64,000 bases of DNA, taken from the NCBI GenBank assembly GCA_038087875.1, contig CM075987.1, positions 18,168,001-18,232,000 of the forward strand. The letters are read 5' to 3'. The stretch is from Malacoraja senta (taxonomy: Eukaryota). The number at the start of each line of letters is the position of its first letter. Within the stretch, counting starts at the first letter, position 1. Position numbers and translations under genes: made by a program. Below are positions 36,901 through 51,060 of this stretch, piece by piece. Under the pieces are notes generated by a model. It was given only the letters and a program-made list of their open reading frames with translations. It ran no database searches and was not told the DNA's origin.

Positions 36901-37062
36901 TAAGCATGCAGGTACAGCAGGCAGTGAAGAAAACGAATAGCATGTTGGCCTGAATAACAAGAGGAATCGAATATAGGAGCAAAGAGGTCCTTCTGCAATT
37001 GTACAGAGCCCTAGTGAGACAAGGGCTGAATGGCCTACTGCTGCACCTATTGTCTATTGTCT
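33930..37062 (+). mobile_element. Degenerate CR1 of a second subfamily, with a nested truncated CR1 at ~34737-35123
   Basis: Esterase (HVGTND, DGLHLN), APE and RT pieces, and an (ATTGTCT)n tail. ELRNC|KGKK rejoins across the insert. Confidence 0.88.
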
Positions 37063-37464
37063 ACTCAACCTCTCCCTGTAGCTGACACCCTCTATTCCAG
37101 TGCTTCTTGAACTGGTGAATGGTTGGCACAATGGTGATAGAAATTATTTTGGGGTGAATAAAACTGGAGGGGTGAATGAAGGGTGAATGATTTAATTTAT
37201 TCAGATATAGCACACAAGGGAGAATAAGATGAAAGTTACTAAAAAACATAAGAGAATTTAGTTGAGGATGAAATGTTGTGACAAAGACTCAAGGGTGAAT
37301 GACACTGAAATAGTTTAAGCACTGCCCACCTCGTCCTTTGTGTCTATCTTCCCCATAGATGCTGCGTGACCCTCCCCTCCCTCCTCCCTTCCCCCCTCCA
37401 CTACACTCCCCCTTCCCCACCCCCCCCTCCACTCCACTCCCAACTCCCCCCTTTCCCCTCCTAA

Positions 37465-39070
<1,606 letters not shown>

Positions 39071-39533
39071 AATGCTGCACTGACTTGGTCATAAAGTGAT
39101 GGAGTGATTGAAGTCAAGAATCAAGATGTTTTATTGTCAGATGTCCCAGATAGAACAATGACATTGTTACTAAACTTGATGCAGCTCAACACGATATATC
39201 TATATATATAGAGAGAGAAAGGGAGAGGGGGTGGAGGGGAGAGATGGGGGTAGGGTAGGGGGGGGGGGGGAGATTCGGGGAGTGGAGAGGGGGGAGAGTC
39301 AAGAGTGTTTTCTTGTCATATAGAACAATGAAATTCTTACTTGCTGCAGCACAGCCAGACATAAAAACAGTTTTTATCTACGAGTGGTTGCTCTACTCAA
39401 AAGCCAAAAATCTGTAGCCTCCCTGTGATCTGGTATTTTGTTGGTTCACATGCTTGATTAAAGGTGTTTTATCATTAATGTTTTATGATTATTAATATTT
39501 TGTGTTTTCTGAGTCATTCGTAACTGTCACTGT

Positions 39534-40055
39534 ATAATAATAATAATAATAAATTTTATTTGTGGGCGCCTATACAAAGGTCTCAAGGACACCTTACAGA
39601 GTTTAACAAAGAAACAAATAATCGGGGTAAAATAAGTTATAAAGACATCACCAATACACAAATGAAAGACAGAATTCAATCCAAAGACACAAAAAAGAAA
39701 ATCAGAAACACAATGTGAGGAGAGAGCAGCGGCAGCTAAACCGCGCCAGCATCCACTCTCCCCTCCGACCGCCATCTTGGACACAGACTAACATAGACAC
39801 AACACACAAAAATCATCCCCCCACAATGGTTACCACTGTGGGGAAAGGCACAATGTCCAGTCCCCAACCCCAGTTCACCCAAAGTCAGGCCTATTGAGGC
39901 CTCCGCTATTGCCTCTACGGAGGCCCGATGTTCCTGGCCGTTCTCACCGGGTGATGTTGCCCCCGCGTCGGGAGAGTCCTCTCAGCGGCTGGGCCACCTG
40001 GAACGGCCGCATTCCTCACCGGAGGCCGCAGCTACCGAAGCCGACAAGGCCGCGC
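39534..40055 (-). mobile_element. Non-autonomous retroelement with L2-like (TAT)n tail; second copy at ~43130-43399 (+)
   Basis: Shared AAGATGGCGG...GCCGCTGCTCTCTCCTCA...CTGTAAGGTGTCCTTGAGACC and tail; it interrupts a Rex 3' UTR. Confidence 0.7.
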
Positions 40056-40222
40056 ACTATGTCATGTTGTTACTTGTGGGCGGAGCACCAAGGCAAATTC
40101 CTTGTATGTGAATACTTGGCCAATAAACTTACTTACTTACAACAGAATATGTAAACAGTACATAACGAGAGAGAAAAACAAGGTTAAGTTAGGGTTGCCA
40201 ACAATTTCTCATTCCCAAATAA

Positions 40223-42080
40223 AAGGAATGTTACAAAATGTTGAGATTTTAAAAATCAAGCCTGTAATTTATCCCATCAGATGAAGCATAATTTTTTTTT
40301 AAATTTGATACCTAATTCACTTTCATATCTTCAGTATTAAAAAAAGTTATGGTCATTTTCATCCTCGGAAATTAGCATCTTGTTCCCTATTGCTTTTCCA
40401 TTAACTTAACACAAAAGCTGTGATCGAGGACAGTCAAAAGCCCATAACGTTTTTTTAAATTAAGAGAACTGAATGAAATGTTCAGTTATCATAGATTGAA
40501 GCATTCTGAATCAAACATGATTCATCTTACTTGGATGACCTGACATTAAAGCATATAATTAGTTAGTTACCTAATTGTAGATAATTATAAAATTGACCGT
40601 GGTGACGGAAATAGTAATAAACACCCAGACTTGCTTGAAAATTCAAAAATGTGATGTTCTCAAGATCAGAACTTTAATATTATTGTATTATGTGCTGTAA
40701 CTCTGTAACAGACAGGTAAAGAAATTAGAATTTCTAGCAAATGACCAAGACTTTATGGTGAAGATCAATTGCTAGCTGGTACATTGGCATATCATAATCA
40801 ATAGCATCATCATACTCCTCAAATGGTAACCAATAAGCAACTCTGTACACCTTGTTTTTCCTCAACTTTTCAATTTTAGCATTGTAAATGACATGTTTTT
40901 GCTCTTCAAACCACGCATGACATGCCTTTCTGCCCACTACTTTCCCATTAAGAATGTCCTGTAGAACATCACATTTGGAGTAGTCCAAATTCAGATAATC
41001 TCTGCGAATGCTGTCTAAGTCAGTCTCTTTTGCTAGGCATTTGGATTGACAATTTTGCATTTCTTCTTCGGAGACATCTGTTTAAAATGTGAAGGAAAAA
41101 AAACACTGAACAGCATTAACAGAAACGAGTTATTATTTGCAGTTTTAGATACAAGGTAGAAATGATAAAGTTAAACGCTAAAACAAATATTAAATACCCA
41201 ACAGTTTCATCAAATCAATTAAATTAATCCAATCAATTAAATTCATCTATCCATTTCTTAAGAAAACACAGAAAATTTTAAATAGCCTAAGTATCCAAAT
41301 AACAAATAACAAACTGATCCCATTCACACAAGAATTCATAATTTAACAAGATTTTTAAATCTCACCTTGTTATGAATACATATGCCAAATGGAAGGAATT
41401 TAATGTTCAATTCCCATAAATTAATCCAGAAACATCCACACTCAAGATAATCAAAATCATTATTTTTTGCACAATACATCTGACTCAAACTGTACTCTGA
41501 TATTCAGTATGAAAATATTGATCATGGACAGACAATAACACAACATATAGATGATTTAGATGGTCTTATGACATGATTGTGCAAAAAAATAATGAATTTG
41601 ATTATCTTGAGAGTGGATGTTTCTGGATTGTGATCGATAGGAATGTGGCGGCTGCCATGATTTAAGCCCCTATCGGTAGGCAAGACATGGTCGATTCGTA
41701 TCGGGGTCTAAATAATTTTTTTGGATCGTAAGATTAAATTGAAGCCACACCAAAAAGCAAGATAATAAGTTAAATATACGACATGCCTTTTGCTTTGTCC
41801 TGATATTGCGATCCGTGATGTTCAAGGCGTGTTTAGTCGCGTTTACATTTAATCCAGCCATGCAATCATCCAGCAATCTTTTTTTTTTTAAAGCCCCCGA
41901 AGAGAAGCCCAACGGAAGATTTTTTTTCATCAGCTAGCCGCCCGAGGAAATCCCTCCCCGACAACCAATACAAACCTGCATTTTAATCCCCCCCCCCCCC
42001 CCCGCCAAGTCTCCGGATTTGCACGCACAGACAGTGGCAGATTTGTAACACCGCTGATGGTAGGTTTTGTAACAACGCTA
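40223..42080 (-). mobile_element. Non-autonomous hAT-like DNA transposon with a 7-bp TSD
   Basis: Imperfect TIRs AAGGAATGTTACAAAA / TTTTGTAACAACGCTA; CAAATAA on both sides (40216-40222, 42081-42087). Confidence 0.75.
40734..41077 (-). CDS. Terminal exon encoding a Spindlin/Tudor-like domain (probable transposase C-terminus)
   Basis: Polypyrimidine tract and CAG acceptor at 41078-41080; open ~114 codons; VVGRKACHAW...YRVAY...MYQLAIDLHHKVLVI. Confidence 0.6.
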
Positions 42081-42461
42081 CAAATAAGGGACAAATGATC
42101 AAAATACGGGACACATTTCCGACGGCAATTCATTGAGCTACTCGGCCGTGGCTGGCTGAATGATGAGTTGGTCCGGGTGCTGGACTGCACACAAAGCCCA
42201 GCCAGTGGGCCAGCAGAGCTTTGGCCCAGGCCGCGCGCAAAGTGCGGCACCCCATCCAACTCATGGACCGATGATCGGCCATGAGAAGGAGAGAGGCATG
42301 TTGGTGTCGGCGGTAAGCGATGGTCCGAAGGTCGAACAGATGGCCAGACTGCCAATCGACCGACGGGGCCACGGACGAGGCGCTCCTGCGGCATTACATA
42401 GGCTGTGGTACGTTGGGAGGGTGAGGCGGAGCCAGACGTGGCGCTCCGACCCGACAGTCCC

Positions 42462-42960
42462 CTCAACCCAGCAGTGAACATCCCTTCCCCTGCCCGTCCT
42501 GTGGTAAGGGCTTCACCCGCCTTGACCACTTGCTGGAGCACCGGCGAGTCCACACCAGCCAGTGCCCATTTACCTGCCCACTCTGTGGCAAGGCCTTTGC
42601 CCGCTCCTCCAGCCTGCTGGCACACCGCCACGTGGATAGGCACTGTTTAGGTAAACACAAAATGCTGGAAGGAATGGGTAACGTTTCAGGTCGAGACTCT
42701 TCTTTAGTCTTGACCCGAACATTACCCATTCCTTCTCTCCAGAGGTGCTGCCTGTCCCGCTGAGTTACTTCAGCATTTTGTGTCTTTTTTTCTAAACCAG
42801 CATCTGCAGTTCCTTGTTTTTAAACTATTCTGGTTAACCATTTCTACACCTTCCCCAAAGCCTCCACATCAGTCCTGTAATGGAGTGACCCGAACTGTAT
42901 GCAATACTCCAAATGCTACCTGACCAATGTCACTTAAAGCTGCACATATACATTCCTCTC
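42462..42960 (+). pseudogene. Zinc-finger cassette copy D: last two fingers and 3' flank, inverted
   Basis: [35 protein letters not shown] followed by the same pLTR and CR1 pieces as copies A-C. Confidence 0.8.
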
Positions 42961-43909
42961 TCCTTATCTGACGCCTATTTATCTCATTACTAGACTAAGT
43001 AGAACCCACTGGGTCCCAGCTTCACAGAGGGCTGGTCCCCCTACGCAATATTCCACCTCTCCACCAAATCCAATATTGCTGGCCAGGGTGTTGTGGGCTG
43101 AAGGGACTGGTTTCCAGAGGGCTAGTATGTAATGGTTTGTAATTGTATTTGTTAGTCTGTGTTCAAGATGGCGGAGAGTGGACGCTGGCGCGGTTTCGTT
43201 GCCGCTGCTCTCTCCTCAAATTGTGCTTCTGATTTTCTTTTTTTGTCTTTTTGGAAGGAATTCTGTCCCTGATTTGTGTATTGGTCTTTATAACTTATTT
43301 TTTTAAATTCTGATTATATGTTTCCTATAAATCTCTGTAAGGTGTCCTTGAGACCTCGGTATAAGGCGCCCGTAAATAAAATTCATTATTATTATTATTG
43401 TAGGGCGAATGGAATCTTGAGCTGGCAGCTCAGTCACTGAGGCGAGGCAGCTCACTCACTCAGGCTGGCAGCTCAGTAACTCAGGCCTGTCAGGCTGGCA
43501 GCTCAGAAACTGCCAGAAATTCTGCCGAAAACAGGTGACAGACTGTGAGAAAGGGGGAGAGGGTGCACAATCGATTTCAGACATTTTCATCTTTTTTTTA
43601 CAGATCACAGCAATGAAGGAGGAAAGTCTATCCTTGCATGGATCTCTGGAGTGCTAGTATGGTTGTTGTCAGCTGAAGGGACTGGTTTCCAGAGGGCTAG
43701 TATGGACATTGTGGGCTGAATGGATTCTTGGACTTGCAGTTCAGTGAGTCATGGCTGGTGGGCTGGCAGTTCACTAAGTCATGGCTGGTGGGCTGGCAGT
43801 TCACTAAGTCATGGCTGGTGGGCTGGCAGTTCACTAAGTCATGGCTGGTGGGCTGGCAATCAGTCACTTACAGCTGGATCGGTGGCAGTTCACTTACTCA
43901 TAGAACATA

Positions 43910-45810
43910 GAAAATAGGTGCAGGAGGAGGCCATTTGCCCCGTAGAGCCAGCACCGCCATGCATTGTGATCATGGCTGATCATCCCAAATCAATAACCCA
44001 TGCCTGCCTTCTCCTCATATCCCCTGATTCCACTAGCCCCTATCGCTCTATCTAACTCTCTCTAAAATCCATACAGTGATTTGGCCTGCACTGCCCTCTG
44101 TGGCAGGGAATTCCACAAATTCACAGCTCTCTGGGTGAAAACGTTTTTTCTCACCTCAGTCTTAAATGCATCTAGCTTATCCAGTCCTTTTATTTACAAG
44201 ATTTTACAAGATACATTTATTTGTCACATGTGCCAGATGGCACAGTGAAATGTGTGATTTATAATTTTATATGTTTCTATAAGACCCCCCCATCCTTCTA
44301 AACTCCAGTGAATACAAGCCTAGTCTTTTCAATCTTTCCTCATATGACAGTCCCGCCATCCAAGGTATCAATCTCGTGAACCTACGCTGCACTGCCTCAA
44401 TCACAAGCATGTCCTTCCTCAAATTAGGAGACCAAAACTGTACACAATACTCCAGATGTGGTCTTACCAGAGCCCTATACAACTGCAGAAGAACCCCTTT
44501 ACTCCTATATTGAAATCCTCTTGTTATGAAGGTCAACATTCCATTAGCTATCTTCACTGCCTGCTGTACCTGCAGCCAACTTTCAGTTACAGGTGTACAA
44601 GGACACCCAGGTCTGTCTGTACCTCCCCCTTACCTAACCTAACCCCATTGGGATAATAATCTGCCCGCTTATTTTTGCCGCCAAAGTGGATAACCTCACA
44701 TTTATCTATCTTATACTGCATCTGCCTCGCATCTACCCAGTCACTCAACCTGTCCAGGTCACCCTGCAACCTCCTATCATCCTCGTCACAGTTCACACTG
44801 CCACCCAGCTTTGTGTCATCCGCAAACTTGCTAGTGTTGCTCCTAATTCTCACTTCCAAATCATTAATATATATGGTAAACAGTTGCGGTCCCAACACCG
44901 AGCCTTGCGGCACTCCACTCGCCACTGCCTGCCATTCTGAAAAGGACCCGTTCACTCCCACACTTTGCTTCCTGTCTGCCAACCAATTTTCTATCCATGT
45001 CAACACCCTACCCCCAATACCGTGCTCTAATTTTAGTCACCATTCTCCCGTGCGGAACACCATTCTTCCTCATATGACAGTCCCGCCATCCCAGGGATCA
45101 ATCTCGTCAACCTACGCTGCACTGCCTCAATCACAAGGATGTCCTTCCTCAAATTAGGAGACCAAAACTGGACACAATGCTCCAGATGTGGTCTCACCAG
45201 AGCCCTATACAACTGCATCTTCAAAAAATTCCAGTAGCTTAGTCAAGCATGATTTCCCTTTCATAAATTCATGTTGACTTGGACTATCCCTTTTACTGCT
45301 ATCCAAAAGCCCCATCATTACCTCTTTAATAATTGACTCCAGCATCTTTCCCACCACCGGTCAGGCTAACTGGTCTGTAATTCCCCGTTTTCTCTCTCGC
45401 TCCTTTCTTGAAAAGTGGGATAACATTTATCCTCCAATCCACAGGAACAGATCCTGAATCTATTGAACATTGGAAAATGATCACCAATGCATCCACTATT
45501 TCTAGAGCCACCTCCCTGAGGACCCTGGGATGCAGACCATCCAGTCCAGGGCATTTATCATCCTTCAGTCACATTAACTTACCCAATACTATTTCTCGCC
45601 TAATGAAAATTTCTTTCAGTTCCTCTACCCCCCTAAGATCCTCTGTCCTCCAGTACATCTGAGAGATTGTGTCTTCTTTAATGAAGACAGATCCGAAGTA
45701 CCTGTTCAACTCTTCTGCCATTACCTTGTTACCCATAATAATTTCACCCGTGTCTGCCTTCAAGGGACCCACATTTGACTTTGCTACTCTTTTTCCCTTG
45801 ACATTTCTAA
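43910..45810 (-). mobile_element. Fragmented CR1 ORF2 and 3' end
   Basis: RT motifs on the minus strand; tail at 43910. Confidence 0.88.
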
Positions 45811-46556
45811 AGAAGCTCCACCTCCTAAAGTCCACAGGCCGCACTGGGCGGAGATTCAACACTGGCAGCCCTCGGCAAAGGGCCCCAGGTCTCCGTGATG
45901 TTGAAGTCAGCGGCGACCGCGCTGGGAGCTCTCCAAACCCATGTTGAAATGTTGAAGCAGCAGGCCCAACACTCTGGAACTTCAACGGTGATCCAGGTAA
46001 TGCATCGCCCCGCTCCGCGGTGAACCCAGCGCTGCACCGCCGCTGCTGGAGCTCTGGTCCGGTCCCCGGCAGGAAAGGCCACTCCAATCCAGTTGGTAGG
46101 CCACGGGAGGGGGGCGAGGACACGACTTGGAGAATAGTCGTGTCCCCGCCAGGAAGTGACTGGGAAACGGTTTCACCCTTACCCTACTGCCCTCCCTCAC
46201 ATAGAAAAGCTAATAGACAATAGGTGTAGGAGTAGGCCATTCGGCCCTTCGAACCTGCACCGCCATTCAATGTGAACATGGCTGATCATCCCCAATCAGT
46301 ACCCCGTTCCTGTCTTCTCCCCATATCCACTGACTCCGCTATTTTTAAGAGCCCTATCTAGCTCTCTCTTGAAAGCATCCAGGGAGCCCACCTCCACCAC
46401 CCTCTGAGTCAGAGAATTCCACAGACTCATTACTCTGTGTGAAAAAGTGTTTCCTCGACTCCGTTCTAAAAGGCTTACTCCTTATTCTTAAACTGTGGCC
46501 CCTGGTTCTGGACTCCCCCAACATCGGAGAGAGAGAGAGAGTCCGTGTCTGTCCGT

Positions 46557-49500
46557 GAAGAGTTGAATAGGTATTTCGGATCTGTCTTCACTAAGACACA
46601 AACAATCTCCCAGACATACTGGAGGACAGAGGATCTAAGGGGGTGGAGGAACTGAAAGTAATTTTCATTAGGCAAGAAATAGTATTGGGTATCTATGTAT
46701 CTATGTATCTATGTATTGGCTAATAGGACTGAAGGATGATAAATCCCCTGGGCCTGATGGTCTGCATCCTAGGGTCCTCAGGGAGGTGGGTCTAGAAACA
46801 GTGGACACATTGGTGATCATTTTCCAATGTTCAATAGATTCAGGATCAGTTCCTGTGAATGGGAGGATAGATAATGTTATCCCACTTTTCAAGAAAGGAC
46901 CGAGAGAGAAAACGGGGAATTACAGACCAGTTAGCCTGACTTCGGTGGTGGATAGATGCTGGAGTCAGTTATCAAAGAGGTAATAATAATGGGGCATTTG
47001 GATAGCAGTAAAAGGATTAGTCCAAGTCAGCATGGATTTATGAAAGGAAAATCATGCTTGACTAATCTTCTGGAATTTTTTGAGGATGTGACAAGTAAAA
47101 TGGATGAAGGGGAGCCAGTGGATGTAGTGTATCTAGACTTTCAGAAAGCCTTTGATAAGGTCCTTAGCATGGGAGACTAGTGACTAAAATTAGAGCACAT
47201 GGTATTGGGGGTAGGGATAGACATGGATAGAAAATTGGTTGGCAGACAGGAAGCAAAGAGTAGGAGTGAACAGGTCCTTTTCAGAATGGCAGGCAGTTAG
47301 AGAGTGCAGTGCCGCAAGGCTCGGTGTTGGGGCCGCAACTGTTTGCCATATATATTAATGATTTGAAAGAGGGAATTAGGAGCAACACTAGCAAGTTTGC
47401 GGATGACACAAAGCTGGGTGGCAGTGTGAACTGTGAAGAGGATGTTAGGAGGTTGCAGGGTGACCTGGACAGGTTGAGTGAGTGGGCAGATACAGTATAA
47501 TATAGATAAATGTGAGGTTATCCACTTTGGTGGTGTAGCGGCAGATTTTCATATCTTTCAGGTAATTAGCACCCTAGCCGCTAAATGATGAGAATGGTTG
47601 AAGAGGGTGTCTTGGAAACGCATGCGAGCTCACTCACAGAGACCTTCTGAGCTTCTTCTCAGATATGGCTTCAAAACACAGTCTTTTGATGAATAAATGG
47701 TTTATTGTTGATAGAAAACAGTAAGATACATCCAAGTTTCCCCCGACTCGTTACTACAATCTTCGAGTTCCAGCTTATTACTTTAGACATTAGCAAACAT
47801 TTGGCCATTCTCTGTCTGGCTTGCAGAGAGATTTTAGTTCATTGATCCATCTCTTCTCGCTTAAGATACGGTTCACTGTCAGTTCTCTGGAAACTTAATT
47901 CCCAGGATTTTCTTCCGTGTTAACATACTTCAATTGTACAACATTAGTAACTCCCAAAGCTCTTTCCATTGGCAGATCGTCTTTGTCCAAATCCAACTCT
48001 CTGGTTTCTTTGGCTCTAACATCTAGTGGAATGCTTTTACAATTGTCACTGTTCCAATTAGAAAGTGTAAATCCTCCCTTATTGCAAAGAGGTCAGATGT
48101 TCTACTGGTGGAATTGCTTCCTGCTCAGTAGACATAGATTTTAAGCAATCATCCTTGTGGAATTTATTCTTCAAAGAGATTCTTCTTTCATGAAACTTAA
48201 TATTCTCGTCAAACTTGCGTTTCAAATTCTGGGTACGTTGTTCTGCCATATAACGATTATTCGGCAGATTAACACTTTCTTGTTTGAAAGGTAAGTGCAC
48301 ACAATAGTGTCTGTCAGTTTTCACTTAGTAGTTCATAACATCCATGAACTTCAATTCTTCATTCGACATCTCTTCAGATTCCTTGCTGGTACTTTCATTG
48401 AAGTCATGATTGTTTGGCTTCATCACCGGCTTTTCTAATTCATTAGTAGACATTAGATTAACACCAATGGCAGGACAGTTCTTCTGATTTCTGTTTTGGG
48501 GTTTTCTGTTCACATGGTATCGGGGGTAGGGTATTGACATGGATAGAAAATTGGTTGGCAGACCGGAAGCAAAGAGTAGGAGTGAACGGGTCCTTTTCAG
48601 AATGGCAGGCAGTGGTGAGTGGAGTGCCGCAAGGCTCGGTGTTGGGGCCGCAAATGATTTGGAAGAGGGAATTAGGAGCAACACTAGCAAGTTTGCGGAT
48701 GACACAAAGCTGGGTGGCAGTGTGAACTGTGAAGAGGATGTTAGGAGGTTGCATGGTGACCTGAACAGGTTGAGTGAGTGGGCAGTTGCATGGCAGATGC
48801 AGTATAATATAGATAAATATAAGGTTATCAACTTTGGCGGCAAAAACAAGGGGGAAGATTATTATCTCAATGGGGTTAGATTAGGTAAGGGGGAGGTGCA
48901 GCGAGACCTGGGCATCCTTATACACCGGTCACTGAAAGTTGGCTTACAGGTACAGCAGGCAGTGAAGAAAGCTAATGGCCTTCATAACAAGAGGATTTCA
49001 GTATAGGAGTAAAGAGGTCCTTCTGCAGTTGTGTATGGCTCTGGTGAGACCACATCTGGAATATTGTGCACAGTTTTGGTCTCCTAATTTGAGGAAGGAC
49101 ATCCTTGTGATTGAGGCAGTGCAGCGTAGGTTCAGGAGATTGATCCCTGGGGTGGCGGGACTGTCATATGAGGTAAGATTGAAAAGACTAGGCTTGTATT
49201 CACTGGAGTTTAGAAGGATGAGGGGGTATCTTATAGAAACATATAAAATTATAGAAGGACTGGACAAGCTAGATGCAGGAAAAATGTTCCCAATGTGGGG
49301 CGAGTCCAGAACCAGGGGCCACAGTCTTAGAATAAAGGGGAGGTCATTTAAGATTGAGGTGAGAAAAAACTTTTTCACCCAGAGAGTTGTGAATTTATAG
49401 AATTCCCTGCTACAGAGGGCAGTGGAGGCCAAGTCACTGGATGGATTTAAGAGAGAGTTAGATGGAGCTCTAGAGGCTAGTGGAGTCGAGGGATATGGGG

Positions 49501-49624
49501 AGAAGGCATGCACGGGTTATTGATAGGGGACCATCAGCCATGATCACAATGAATGGTGGTGCTGGCTCGAAGGGCCGAATGGCCTCCTCCTGCACCTATT
49601 TTCTATGTTTCGATCTATGTTTCT
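46557..49624 (+). mobile_element. CR1 RT and 3' end, with an internal duplicated segment flanking a BEL fragment
   Basis: RT motifs; 47196-47533 is repeated at 48511-48840; tail at ~49600-49624. Confidence 0.85.
47534..48510 (-). mobile_element. BEL/Pao LTR retrotransposon pol remnant
   Basis: HYCVHLPFKQESVNLPNNRYMAEQRTQNLKRKF and ERALGV motifs, typical of BEL/Pao pol. Confidence 0.7.
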
Positions 49625-50130
49625 AAAAGCCAAGACAATTTGGCAAACACTTTACAACCAACACATTTTTTGAAAACTCTTTAAAAACCAAGACAATTCT
49701 GGAAAAATCTCTTTACAACCAACACATTTTCTGAAAACACTTTAAAAGCCAAGACAAGTTGGCAAACACTTTACACCCGCAACGAGGTGACTCACCGTCG
49801 AGTAGACGTGCGTTCAGTGTTATTTGCAGTTCACGGAGCCGTGACCCTCTCGCTTCCTCCGTCTCGCAGAGACTGAGTGAGGCACAACACTTCCGGGTTT
49901 TATAGTCCCTCCCCCTGCCGCCAGCGGGGGCAGCAGAGAGAATGGCGACATTTATTAAAACATTAATAACTCTGATTTTTCATCAATGGGAAAAATCCTC
50001 CGGTCCAATCCGGCGGAGGGGGACTCTGAGCAAGGTGGCCAAAAATGACGGCCGTAAGTGCGGGCAACTTTCGGAAATCACGAAACAGAAAGGCAAAATG
50101 CGGTCAAGATCTTGGTTTTAGTAATATAGA

Positions 50131-51060
50131 TTTCAATGATTTAGATGAAGGGATTACAAGTAACAGTAGCAAATTTGCAGATGACGCAAAGCTGGGTGGT
50201 AGTGTAAACTGAGGATGGTGCTCTGAGGATGCAGGATGACTTGGACAGGTTGGGTGAGGTCATGGCAGATGAATTTTAATGTGGATAAATGTGAGCTTAT
50301 CCACTTTGGTAGCAAATATAGGAAGGCAGATTATTATCTGAATGGTGTCAAATTGGGAAAAGGGGAAGTACAACGGGATCTGGGGGTCCTTGTTCATCAG
50401 TCACTGAAAGTAAGCAGGCAGTGAAGAAACCGAATTTCATGTTGGCCTTCCGAACAGGAGGAGTTGAGTATAGGTGCAAAGAGGTCCTTCTGCAGTTGTA
50501 CAAGGCCCAAGTGAGACCACACTGGGAGTATTGTGTGCAGTTTTAGTCTCCAAATTTGAGGAAGGACATTCTTGCTATTGACGGAGTGCAGCATAGGTTC
50601 ACCAGGTTAATTCCCGGGATGGCAGGACTCATGTTGATAGAATGGAACGGCTGGGCTTGTATACTCTGGAATTTAGAAGGATGAGAGAGGACCTTATTGA
50701 GACATATAAGATTACTAAGGGTTTGGACACGCTAGAGGCAGGAAACTTGTTCCCAATGTGGGGGAGTCCAGAACCAGGGACCACAGTTTAGGAATAAGGG
50801 GTAAGCCATTTAGAACGGAGATGAGGAAACACATTTTCACTCAGAGTTGTGAGTCTGTGGAATTCTCTGTCTCAGAGGGCCGTGGGGGCCGGTTCTCTGG
50901 ATACTTTCAAGAGCGAGTTAGATAGGGCTCTTAAAGATAGCAGCGTCATGGGATATGGAGAGAGGGCAGGCACGGTGTACTGATTGTGGATGATCACATT
51001 GAATGGCGGTGCTGGCTCCAAGGGCTGAATGGCCTACTCCTGCACCTATTGTTTATTGAG
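50131..51060 (+). mobile_element. Degenerate CR1 3' fragment
   Basis: NDLDEG, KFADD and tail. Confidence 0.88.

Larger units (their letters stand above)
40190..42460. mobile_element. hAT (Blackjack-like) terminal fragment hosting another transposon
   Basis: TAGGGTTGCCA terminus at 40190 and GGGACA subterminal motifs at 42088-42112; no second terminus seen. Confidence 0.55.
42990..50130 (-). mobile_element. Probable non-autonomous Helitron termini enclosing nested LINEs
   Basis: Minus-strand 3' hairpin plus CTAG|T at 42990 and 5' A|TCTATATTACTAAAA at 50130. Internal tandem repeats: 30 bp at ~43737-43890 and ~60 bp at ~49625-49780. The two ends may belong to different copies. Confidence 0.5.
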
